Shown here piece after piece: positions 24,084-34,995 of a DNA stretch of 64,000 nt; position 1 is the first letter of the stretch, and every line of letters starts with the position of its first letter. The stretch comes from Macrostomum lignano (lineage: Eukaryota), in NCBI GenBank assembly GCA_002269645.1, contig NIVC01001840.1:145341-209340 (forward strand). The letters are read 5' to 3'. The notes under the pieces were generated by a model that was given only the letters and a program-made list of their open reading frames with translations, ran no database searches and had not been told where the DNA came from. Both the position numbers and the translations under genes were made by a program.

Positions 24084-25166
24084 CTACAAGTGGGTCACGG
24101 CGTCGATAGTTGATATGTACACACTGGAAGATGCTTGCGTCGCTTGGTTCTCCTCAGCAGCAGTGGAAGCAGCGGCAGTGGCGTCGGCGCTTGGTCGATG
24201 GCGACTGGCGATGCCAGCACCAACGCTGGCGCTACGCGAAGCGAGCCCTCGATGGCCGGTGATACGTCTGAACAGGTGCGTTCCAAAGTAAATAAACGGA
24301 TTAGCCAGACTATTGGCAGCGGTCAACAGGTACACCAGAATGTTGACTACTTCGCTTTCAGTGTAGTATTTCTGAATGTTATCGTCCAGTAAGCGCAGTC
24401 CACCATCGATGAACCAGAGTACGTTGGGGAAAGCTTGCGTCAGAACGAACACGATGCTATTAGCTAGCATGATTTTCGTGAAACTCCTGGCCGCTGCGCT
24501 AAATGTTCGACAAGAGGTTCGCTTTCTGCACAGCTCTCTCAGGACCAGGCCGTAGAACACTGTCATGGACACTAGCGGCAGAATAAAAGCGGCCAGTATC
24601 CAAACGTAGAACTGGATTGTGAAGAACAATCGCCAGTGCACGATAACGTAGTCGCTTTTCCTAGTTGGGTCGCAGTTTCCGTCAACTAAGACTGGCGGCA
24701 GGCACCAGGGAGCCGAAACCAGAGCGCTGGCCAGGACGCACGCGCCAATTCCGAGCAGAACGGTTCGCATCTTCAGGAATTTGTAACGCATCGGCTGGCA
24801 CACGGCCACGTATCTCTCGCAGGCCACCAGGCACAGGTTGAACACGGACCAGAGGAACAGGCACCAGAACAGCATGCCAGTGTAGGCCACATTGCACAGA
24901 AACAGATCCAATGGTAGCCAACCAGACAGAGGTAAATTGTTCCAGTCCTGCAGCTGGTAGAGCAGAGCGGCCGTGCACACGCTCAGGTCCAACCAGGCCT
25001 GCAGTCTGAACAGAGCCAACGGTAACCGGCTGGTGACTCGATTGCACACCAGGTAGACGAATAACAGCAGGTTGAGCAGGATGCCCAGCGCGTTCACTGG
25101 CACGTAGATTAGGCGAGTGGGCAACGAACTTGTCGAGTTGTCAGTCGTAGAAATTTCTAGCGACAT
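24084..25166 (-). CDS. Intronless rhodopsin-class (class A) orphan GPCR, paralogue 1
   Basis: Seven hydrophobic segments, N-glycosylation site NST, LGILLN in TM1, ACERYVAVCQP (E/DRY), ECL2 Cys, ILP in TM5 and NPFIY (NPxxY). First ATG at 25166. Confidence 0.93.
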   Translation of the reverse strand: MSLEISTTDNSTSSLPTRLIYVPVNALGILLNLLLFVYLVCNRVTSRLPLALFRLQAWLDLSVCTAALLYQLQDWNNLPLSGWLPLDLFLCNVAYTGMLFWCLFLWSVFNLCLVACERYVAVCQPMRYKFLKMRTVLLGIGACVLASALVSAPWCLPPVLVDGNCDPTRKSDYVIVHWRLFFTIQFYVWILAAFILPLVSMTVFYGLVLRELCRKRTSCRTFSAAARSFTKIMLANSIVFVLTQAFPNVLWFIDGGLRLLDDNIQKYYTESEVVNILVYLLTAANSLANPFIYFGTHLFRRITGHRGLASRSASVGAGIASRHRPSADATAAASTAAEENQATQASSSVYISTIDAVTHL

Positions 25167-25387
25167 CACATGCGATATTCAATTAGCAGATTCATACATT
25201 TCATACAGTTCATACATTTTCCCCTGCTTTAAAGCTAGTTGTAAATTGCTCAACCAAATTTCTGCTAGCCAATGAGAAGCCTCACGCTGAACATACGAGC
25301 TACTCCGTTATTGAGCAGCTATAGTTTTAGATAAGCAACCTGCATCAGAAGCCTTTTTGCCTGTGCTTTAAACCGTTCTCTCCTACG

Positions 25388-26165
25388 AGCTTGGATCACC
25401 GAAAGCATGAAAACATATTGACCTAATTCAACGACAATGTACCCTGTTGTATGAGCTTCTATTGTAAGTTTTTCTTTATTTTGGTTATTGAATGAGAGCA
25501 AGGCGGTGGTTCATTTAGTTTATCGACGGAAATCAGATCGAAGAGAAAACAAGGGGAGAGTGATTCGTGGCACTGCCGTCGCCGTATATTTATAGTTTTG
25601 TAAATGCCTTCCGGAAATTTCTAGAAAGATTGAGCGCATCTTAACAAAGCGATTAAAAACTTAATTATATACGTTACGCAAATACAAGTAGAATATTAAC
25701 AGTTAAGTAATAATTAATAATTTACTATTTATATGCGTATGTAATAGATAATCTGCTAACTCGAAGAAGTTTCTGGAAAAATAAAAATGTTTTAACTTTA
25801 GAAATCTGACGAAATTTCGAGAAAGTTATTAATGTACGCTACACTATCACCGAAAGCATGATAACATATTGACCTAATTCAATGACGATGTACCCTGTCG
25901 TATGAGCTTCGATCCCCGAAAGTATGAAAATACGTTGAACTATGAAAATGACAAGACACTGACAATTCAATGAAAATGACAATGACAAGACAATGACAAT
26001 TTAATGACAATGTACCTTGACGTATGAGCTTCGATCACCGAAAGCATGAAAATACGTTGAACTAATTCAATGACAATGTACCCTGTCGTATGAGCTTTCA
26101 TCATAGAAAGCATGGAAACATGTTGGCCGAATTCAATGACAATGTACCCTTGCCGGATGAGCTTG
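25388..26165. repeat. 66-bp repeat: one dispersed copy (25388-25460) plus an interrupted tandem cluster (25846-26165)
   Basis: atcaccgaaagcatgaaaacatattgacctaattcaatgacaatgtaccctgtcgtatgagcttcg at 25397, 25846, 25912 (partial), 26033 and 26099. Confidence 0.85.
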
Positions 26166-28614
26166 AACGATATTTTTATTACACTACTAAGAACGAGCTC
26201 ATAATGCAAACACTTTTTAGTTAGCCTTGAAATCTTAAAAGTCGTTATATGCATCATATATGTTACCTATGTAGTGTGTTAATAAGCAATACGAGCGTAT
26301 CTGCACGAATAATAAAAACCCACTGAAAATCTCCTCCAAAGTGCTGTATTTTGTGTTTACTTCGCTGAGCAAGAGCAGTGTCAGTGGTAATAAATCAACG
26401 TAATTATCCTTTCATTGGCTCGGGCTTTTTGACGAAGATGGACCGACCAGCAGTAAACAGGATCTGCTTTCGCTTCACTAGAACCAATTTGACTAGTAAA
26501 TACGCATTATATACTACTCGATACTACTCGATAATTCTGCCTAATGGTTAAAACATCTTGATGAGGACGCACTTTTTCCCAAATCCCGCGCTAGCACATG
26601 GGCTCTAAACTTACTAGCCTACTAACAGTGGGCGATGGGCATTTTTATCCTTTTTCTGCGAATAGTCATAGAATCTATACTAGATATAATGTCTGGCCAT
26701 ACTAGTAGTCATAATAACATAGGCATTGCTTTTTGGGTCATAAATCATCGCTTTCGAAGCTGGTCTGACAGCCACCTGCGCCTCACTCAGTGTTGAGACG
26801 GGCGCCAGATGGTCTGAGAGGATGCGGGCGGTAGCTTTTTTCTCATCATTTTGACAGGCCATCAAGATTTATGAGGTCAGAGCCCATTGTTCGGATTCAC
26901 TCAAGCGTGTGACAGCTTTGACAGCTATGCGTTTTACCCCTAAAAGTACTTTGGGATTAGCGATTAGCGATTTCTCTTCATTATCTTCACTTTCTATTTA
27001 ATAAGAGCTTTCTAATGTATATTTTTTCATTAATTTCTGTCAATCCTACGCGAAAAGTCATAAATCATTTTGTTGCGATTTTGAGTGATTTATGGCCGCA
27101 CCTGTCATCTTTTTACGACCCTGTGGGAACTGATAGGATCTCTCGGTCACGTGATTCTGGGTGGCAACAAGCTTAGCCAATCAGAAAATTCGGCGCTCAT
27201 TTTAACAAAACGGCTCAGCCAATCAGAATCGACGTGTTCCATTATAACAAAATGCGGTCCAGTTGGCGGCTATTTAAACCGGAGTTTTTGGCCCGCTCGG
27301 ACACAACTCTTGCTCGGGCCCAGCACGCAGCTTCTGGTTCCCGGAGCGCGACCGTCGTTTCTTGATCCCCGGATTGCGACTTCCCCCCATCATCATCAAG
27401 GACGAGTCCCCCGGTCGTCAGCAGCGAACATCAAGCGAAGATCATCACCTGCTAGCTATTAGCGAAGATTGTATCAGCATCATCCCGAGTCTACAGCTGC
27501 GAAGCATCAAGCCGATTCGGTCACTGTGGATTACCTGGTCTCCGGCTGTTGAGTTTCTGATTGGTTGGGTGAGAGGCTACCTAGACTTGCTTGATTGGGT
27601 GATCCCCTATCTGTCCCCTGTTTCAGTAGCTGAATTAGGCGCACACTTTTGCTCATTTTGTTCAGTAGTGCTGTTACTGAGGCAGAAATCACTTAATAAT
27701 ACTACTAGTAGTCTGAAACTCCAATTCAATCTGAGGTGTGAAGTGATCTAAGGAGAAGGTTAAATCTAACAGTTATTTTTATCGGTTTTATTTCTTTGTT
27801 CGCCGATGGCTCAGATGAGTGGCTAAGCTAGTAGGCGCCGGTCACAGTGGACCAATGGCCAGGCAGTCCCCAGTCGATCAATCAATCAAATCAGTGAGCA
27901 AAACTGCCAGAAGTGCAGAATCGGCGCCAGAGATGTACTTTGTGCACTCTAGGTTAGCCAAGCGGCTCGGGTAATGAATCATGCGAGGTCTCTGAAGTTC
28001 GAGTTAGTCTATCATCAGCGCTATGAGAGGCTAGTTGGCGCGTTGAAGGCCAAAAGTACATATCTTCGTATTTAGCAATGTAATAGTACATGTAGCTACC
28101 CCATAGACTCGCCACTGCAAGAATCCCCTGCACAAGTCCCCTCTGTACCTGCATGGCCAATGCGATCTAGTCCCAGCAGTGTCCCTTATCATCGGCTATG
28201 ACTTCGAGATTGACAGCAAAAAGACACTAGTTGGCAGGTAAGTGCAAAGCCCCTTCTAGTCGGAAGCCCGATTTCGAGAGTCCCGGTGTGGTGAGCCAGG
28301 ACGCACGGGCTGGTGGCAGCGAGTTAGCTTAGTCTGCGGATGAGCTAATTTCTACCTTCAAAATTCTCCCTGCTTGTCTCTCGCTGTCCCTCTCTTAGCT
28401 ATAGGACCTAGACTGCTCGCCCCACGATAAAGCTACCATGGGGCTGACCATCTGACAGGAGTGGGGGGCCAGGACTCTAATTGATTTATTTCTGAGGCCT
28501 GAGGCCCGAAGGCTTCCTCACAAGGGGCCTGAAAGGTCGAAACCCATCAATCTATAGAATAGATTTGATACATGTACTTATTTAAGCAGTCTAGCTTCAT
28601 ATTCTTCGTCACAT

Positions 28615-29100
28615 CACTACTGCACGCTATCTGCACACTATCTGCACACTATCTGCACACTATCTGCACACCATAAAATATCTGCACATTATTTTTACAC
28701 TATCTGAGAACTATCTGCACAACATCTGCACACCTTCTGCACAAATTCTACAAAATATCTGCACACGATCTGCACACTATCTGTACACCGTCTGCACACT
28801 ATCTGCACACCATCTGCACACCGTCTGCACACTATCTGCACACCATCTGCACACCGTCTGCACACTATCTGCACACTATCTGCACACCATCTGCACACCG
28901 TCTGCACACTATCTGCACACCATCTGCACATCATTTGCACACCGTCTGCACACTATATGCACACTATCTGCACATCATCTGCACACCGTCTGCACACTAT
29001 CTTCTGCACGCTATCTACACCTTATCTGTACGCTATCTGCACGCGATTTGTACACTATCTGCATACATGTACTATCTGAAAACTATTAACACACTATCTG
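28615..29100. repeat. 11-bp minisatellite (cactatctgca / caccgtctgca)
   Basis: Direct reading. Confidence 0.93.
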
Positions 29101-29884
29101 CAAAAGCAATCTGTATGAAACTAGAGGCATAGGGAAATGAGACTATAGATGCACTGAAGAATGAAACTAGATGCTTTTGGGAATGAAAGTTCCTAAAATT
29201 AAAGTAAAATTCTCTGCCTAAAGAACGAATTTCATTCTGTCAGAATGACGTAGATGAAACGGGTCTTTTGGAATCGAATCAATCACTAAGGAATCGAATT
29301 CTGCATGAAAGTTCGGCGAAAATCATTCGCAGTTGCAATTATTCATAGAAAAATGACAAAGAAAGACAAAACGACAAAGAATCGAGTCTAGCTATTGATC
29401 TCAGAATCTGCAGGTGAGGTGTCGAATTACTCGTTTCAGCTCCTTCTATCAGTATTCGTTAGATTTTTCGAGAATAAAAATGACGTATCCAAGCAGCTAC
29501 AGGATCGAATAATTGAATTTCGAATTTGACCAATCAGGTTGTATCGAATTTAAACAAAATTTAAATTGCATCTCAGTTCTTTGTTAAAATGCTACTTTGG
29601 CGACAATTTGAGCTGGAATTTTTCAGAACGGAGAATTGCGATAGAGCAGTACAGCACTAAAGTCTGCCAGGTAAGAAGCAATCTACATGTGCTTGACTGC
29701 AATCTGACGAATGAATATTGGCGAATTAAATAAATCTCTTCTTCTGCCTCTAAATACCAGAATGACATGGTTAAAATATTTGATAGAAAACTGAATAGCT
29801 TTGAAGAAATTGAATTTGAAGCAAATAGTAAAATTAAAATAGCTAAACCAAACAGGTTTCAGAACATAGAGCCGTTATGGACCA

Positions 29885-30186
29885 GAGACATTGTGGATTG
29901 AGCAGTGATAGACCAAAGACATTGTGGATTGAGCAGTGATGAACCAAAGACACTGTGGACTGAGCAGTGATGGACCAAAGACATTGTGGATTGAGCACTG
30001 ATGGACCAAGGACACTGTGGATTGAGCAGTCATGGATCAAGGACATTGTGGATTCAGCAGTATTAGACCAAAGACACTGTGGATTGAGCAGTGATGGATC
30101 AAGGACATTGTGGATTCAGCAGTAATAGACCAAAGACACTGTGGATTGAGCAGTGATGGACCAAAGACACTGTCGATTGAGCAGTG
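29885..30186. repeat. 31-bp minisatellite, about 10 copies, ending ~100 bp upstream of the GPCR2 ATG
   Basis: agacattgtggattgagcagtgatggaccaa, period 31 (29887, 29918 and onward). Confidence 0.93.
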
Positions 30187-30288
30187 CTGAGCAGCAGCTG
30201 AAAATGGGCATATAACGCTCACGGTTTGACTGGGACCTGAATAAAAGTTTTATGTTCCTCATTCTTTCAGAGACAAACTCCATCAAGG

Positions 30289-31284
30289 ATGCTGGACCGG
30301 AACTCGAGCACGGCAAATTCTCTGGACACTCGCCTAATCTACGTGCCAGTGAACGCGCTGGGCATCCTGCTCAACCTGCTGTTATTCGTCTACCTGGTGT
30401 GCAATCGAGTCACCAGCCGGTTACCGTTGGCTCTGTTCAGACTGCAGGCCTGGTTGGACCTGAGCGTGTGCACGGCCGCTCTGCTCTACCAGCTGCAGGA
30501 CTGGAACAATTTACCTCTGTCTGGTTGGCTACCATTGGATCTGTTTCTGTGCAATGTGGCCTACACTGGCATGCTGTTCTGGTGCCTGTTCCTCTGGTCC
30601 GTGTTCAACCTGTGCCTGGTGGCCTGCGAGAGATACGTGGCCGTGTGCCAGCCGATGCGCTACAAATTCCTGAAGATGCGAACTGTTCTGCTCGGTATTG
30701 GCGCGTGCGTCCTGGCCAGCGCTCTGGTTTCGGCTCCCTGGTGCCTGCCGGAGATGCTAATTGACGGCGTCTGCGACCCGTCGATTCAAGGCGATTACGT
30801 AATCAACCGCTGGCGCCTGTTCTTCACTATCCAGTTTCATATTTGGTTTTTTGTAGGCTTCGCCCTGCCACTGTTGGCAATGTCGGTGTTCTACGGCCTG
30901 ATCCTGTGCGAGCTGCACGGCAAGCGGCATTCTTGCACCACCTTCAGCTCGGCTGCCAGGAGCTTCACCAAGGTGATGCTTGCAGCCAGCGCCGTGTTTG
31001 TTGTCACCCAGGCCTTTCCAAACCTGCTGTGGTTCCTGGACGGTGCGTTGCACGTCCTAGACGCGGGCATGCAGGAGTACTTCACCGAGAGTGCCTCGAT
31101 CAATATTCTTGTTTACCTGCTGACTGCGGTTAACAGTTTGGCCAATCCCTTTATCTATTTTGGAGCTCACCTGCACAGGCGGCTTTGTAGGCAGCCAGGT
31201 ACAACGACAGCAACGTCGCAGCAGCAGCAGCAGCAGCAGCAGCAGTCCGAAAGCAACTGGCAGGTGGAAATCACCCGTCTGTGA
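30289..31284 (+). CDS. Intronless rhodopsin-class orphan GPCR, paralogue 2, with (CAG)n poly-Q C-tail
   Basis: Same motifs as paralogue 1 (ERY, NPFIY, NSS glycosylation site). 331-aa intact ORF. Confidence 0.93.
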   Translation: MLDRNSSTANSLDTRLIYVPVNALGILLNLLLFVYLVCNRVTSRLPLALFRLQAWLDLSVCTAALLYQLQDWNNLPLSGWLPLDLFLCNVAYTGMLFWCLFLWSVFNLCLVACERYVAVCQPMRYKFLKMRTVLLGIGACVLASALVSAPWCLPEMLIDGVCDPSIQGDYVINRWRLFFTIQFHIWFFVGFALPLLAMSVFYGLILCELHGKRHSCTTFSSAARSFTKVMLAASAVFVVTQAFPNLLWFLDGALHVLDAGMQEYFTESASINILVYLLTAVNSLANPFIYFGAHLHRRLCRQPGTTTATSQQQQQQQQQSESNWQVEITRL

Positions 31285-32539
31285 GCAAGCAGAGCTCAGA
31301 CTTTGATATTCAAGAAAGCGAACCGAAGTACTTCAGCCGCTAACTGAAGAAGTTCAAGAAAATTTAGTCAGTTGGTCCAATCGACTACAAGATGCACTCT
31401 CAGAGTTACAGTGGTTTTAGGGATGGTATTTTATGACACTGATTTACCTAAAGATTAACTTGACTTATAAAACTGTCGAACATCTTTAATTAATACTATT
31501 GAATATTTGCATCCCAAAGAACGAACTACTGAGTTATTTCTTAGACCTTTTTGTTCCATCGTTCAAGCAGTTTGTATTAGCAAGGTTAACAAGGTTTTTT
31601 AGATGCAACCTCATCGAGACAAAGCTAGAAATTATTTTTCCAAAAAGTACTACTGAAAGCTGCTGAGTAGTATGACTAGTGCATTGGTTAATATATATAT
31701 TTTTCAACACAGAAATTAACAGATAAAGCGCGGTACTCAAAAGAGCTCAAATTCCAAAAGTGCTTTTCCCGAAAAGCGGAGACAATGCAACAATAGTTAA
31801 AAGAAAAACAATGTCAAAATACACTGCTCAAGTCGTATAAAAAACAGGTGTTACAGGTCGCCGATCTTGAAGGCGGTTCACGGTTCACATGTAGAACGTC
31901 CCTCACGGAATGAAAGGCAGCCTTGGAACCAGATCTTCGAGGTAGACGAACTGTTAGCATCGCGGAAGTTCCGTATAGGTAAACACAAAAAAATTGGATT
32001 CAACTCAATCGCTTCGTGCCTATCGAAAAGCTGAAACTGTGCGGGAATAATCCTGAGGCTCTAAGCAGTTTGGCAAAATCTTGAGTCCCTAATTCGCAAA
32101 TCAATTTTCAGTCGGGGAAATTTCTCTAATCTTCTTCTATGCCACCTGCTAACTAATTACTTTGCAATCGGTTCTCTCTCTGTCTCCTGTCTCTCTCGGC
32201 CTCTCTCACCTGGTCACGCAATCTTCGGATTCTCACGCACGAGGTCTTCGAATTCTTGCTTTCAGTTAATGATGAAGAATATTTCAAGTTCTGAGCAGCA
32301 AACGAACTGACAAAAGCTTTGATCGAGTGCAATTGCTTGTTGCTATGGAGATCGCTGAGTTTCCGAGTGAAGAAGAAGATGACGGTTTGCAAGTTTGCAC
32401 TTTTGTTTGTTGTAGCTCGTACCTACATGTACCTCGGCATGCACATCGATAAAAAAGTTACAGCTTGTGTTTCAGTTCGGCTAGATTGTAATCTGTTTAT
32501 TAAAATATTTGTCTATGGATGCATGGGTCTGTTAGAGAG

Positions 32540-32795
32540 ATGAAGCTGTTAGATAGAGATTAACCTGTTAGATAAAAGATGAATGTATTAGATAGGGGAT
32601 GAACGTGTTAGATAAGGGATGGACCTGTTAGATAAGGGACGAACGTGTTACATAGGGGATGAACCTGTTAGATAAGGGATGAACGTGTTAGATAAGGGAT
32701 GAACGTGTTAGATAAGGGATGAACGTGTTAGATAGGGGATGAACCTCTTAGATAAGGGATGAACGTGTTAGATAAGAGATGAACGTGTTAGATAG
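32540..32795. repeat. 20-bp minisatellite (gatgaacgtgttagataagg)
   Basis: Direct reading, about 12 copies. Confidence 0.92.
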
Positions 32796-33322
32796 ACTCT
32801 CAACTTTATTAGAACTATTTTTTCGAAACGATACTTGAAATTTACTTTAAAAAACCTGTTGTTGGATGAATTTTTTTTCGTTTGAAAAATTCACGAACCT
32901 TAAATATTATTTTTCCTGTTGTAGTTTATGCATGCGAATATACACTAAATATAGTTGCGTACTTTGCACAAGAAACTGTGTGCCAGAGGAAATTGATAAA
33001 GAAGCAATGAGCAGCTGAGTGAGAGACTGGGCCAGGTGAGAAAAGTCCGGACAGGCCTATTTTACCTCTTCGAGAAGCACTCAGTTGCAAGAGAGTAATC
33101 TCCAAGATCGTGACAGACAGACATACGTGCGAGAATCAATATCCTAAATACTCATATAGATAGTGGGCTAGTACAAGAAATACTTGAAAAACGGCTTCTA
33201 AATATAGACATGATTTTTTTACAAATGACGTCTACAAATCACAGGTGACAAGCAAAAAACTTTCTGATTTCAGATTCGGACAAGCCATCATCGACTTTCA
33301 GATTTGGCAAGTAAAGCATTGG

Positions 33323-33630
33323 TTGTTGTTGTCGTTGATGTTGTATGTTGTTGCTGTTGTTGTTGTTGTTGTTGTTGTTGACTGCGGACCGAGCTCGAAA
33401 TAACCGGACCAGGTACCAAACCCCTACCGCTGACAGAGCCAGCGACAAAGGCTGAGCACAGAGGGCCGGACCGAGCCACATCCACCGCCCCTGAGCCAGG
33501 AGCGGTGACCGATTCCCGGCGCTCTTCGCCGCCCGAAGAACGGGCGTTGCCTCCCCCCCGCGACAAAGACGCGGCGCCGGATAGGGCCTGCTGATTACCC
33601 AGCAGGCTGGGAGTAAATCCCAGGGGGTGC

Positions 33631-33716
<86 letters not shown>

Positions 33717-33925
33717 TTGTATGCGGTGAGCCTCTCCTAAAGGTGACACCAACCGATGGCCCCTAGGAGAAGCGCCATTTCGTCGGCGCGAGCGAGTTGA
33801 CACATTTCGGTAATGCCGTGAGTATGGCGTTGGATGTCCAGGGCCGGGCAGTTGAGAAGGTGTGTTGTTGTTGTTGTTGTTTGTGGTGGTGTTGTTGGTG
33901 TCTTTGTCTTTGTTGTTGTTGTTGT
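33323..33925. repeat. Cluster of (GTT/AAC)n microsatellites in a CpG-rich segment
   Basis: Tracts at ~33323-33380, 33628-33718 and 33865-33925. Confidence 0.9.
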
Positions 33926-34865
33926 TTTATTTTTTCGATACATATATGGGCTCCGATGCTACTTTTATCTTGTATGAAATTCTGCTTATTTAACAGAATC
34001 AAGCATAGCTCGTAGCGAATCAGAACTAAAATATATATTTTACCTGTGTTGCAGTTTGGATGCAAGTCCCTCGGGAAGAAGGAGGATAAAGTATTAATAA
34101 TTTTTGACATGTCATCAGAGAAGCCACAACAATCAATCAATGCTATCAGACCTATTAGATTCTATTAGATAGCTACCGCGAGGCAATTTCTTATGAGGGG
34201 AAAATTGTTTTAATAATGATTGCCTATCGAAGCTTTTTCCTTCGAATTCCGGATGAGATCCCTCAGAGGCCTGCAGACTCCTAAAGCAGATTCAGCAATC
34301 GATGTAGCTATCGAGGCTACAGCAGATCAAGGAAGAGAGGCAAATAGATTGAAAAAAACAGCGTATAGATCGAAGCTCACGGCAGTTTTCAAAGTCTAAC
34401 AGACCTAAATTTAGTACCCAAAAACGCAGCTTTTTTCGACGTGATTCTCAAAGCGAAGTGTCCTATCAATACGAAGATAAACAAACTTATTTGATCAATT
34501 ATACATCCATGGACAACTGCTGTAGAAGGACGCTGCAATCGATGTTTTTGAGAAATGAGGCGGCTAAGGAACGTATATTTGTCGCAGATGACGAAGAGTG
34601 TTGACGTCATCTTGTACTCGTACAGAGCGCCATAAGAACGTTGGAGTCGATTTTATTACGAGTAATGCCGCAGTCACGTCTTTTTCGTCTATGGCACAAG
34701 GTGTGGCTATGTTGTTGCCCTTATGGTATGATGCGAATACTCTGGTCGCATCGCTAAGAACGCATTACTCTAAATGGGGTCTCGCCAAAGACACATCTGG
34801 TCAAAGGAAATCCTCCCTAGAAACATCTCTCGATTTCTCATGAGCATACCAATATAAGTTCCTTA

Positions 34866-34995
34866 TTCGCCTTAGCGGCAGCTATTGCAAAGGCTGCGTG
34901 CGGCTGTTCAGTCCAAGGACTGGGGGGTCGCCACACACACCCCTCAATTACTGTACCCCAGCTAATGGTGGCGCCCATTTTACAGCTGGGTGGAT
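34866..34995 (-). mobile_element. Partial copy (3' body) of the tRNA-derived CORE-like SINE
   Basis: The reverse complement matches 51918-52040 (cacccagctgtaaaatggg...ggactgaacagccg..cgcagcc). Confidence 0.8.

Noticed and set aside
28490-28548. Second hammerhead-like motif (ggcc-tgaaa-ggtc-gaaac)
   Set aside because: A stem II plus GAAAC is present, but the CUGANGA box reads CUCACAA and stem III cannot form. Too degenerate to call.
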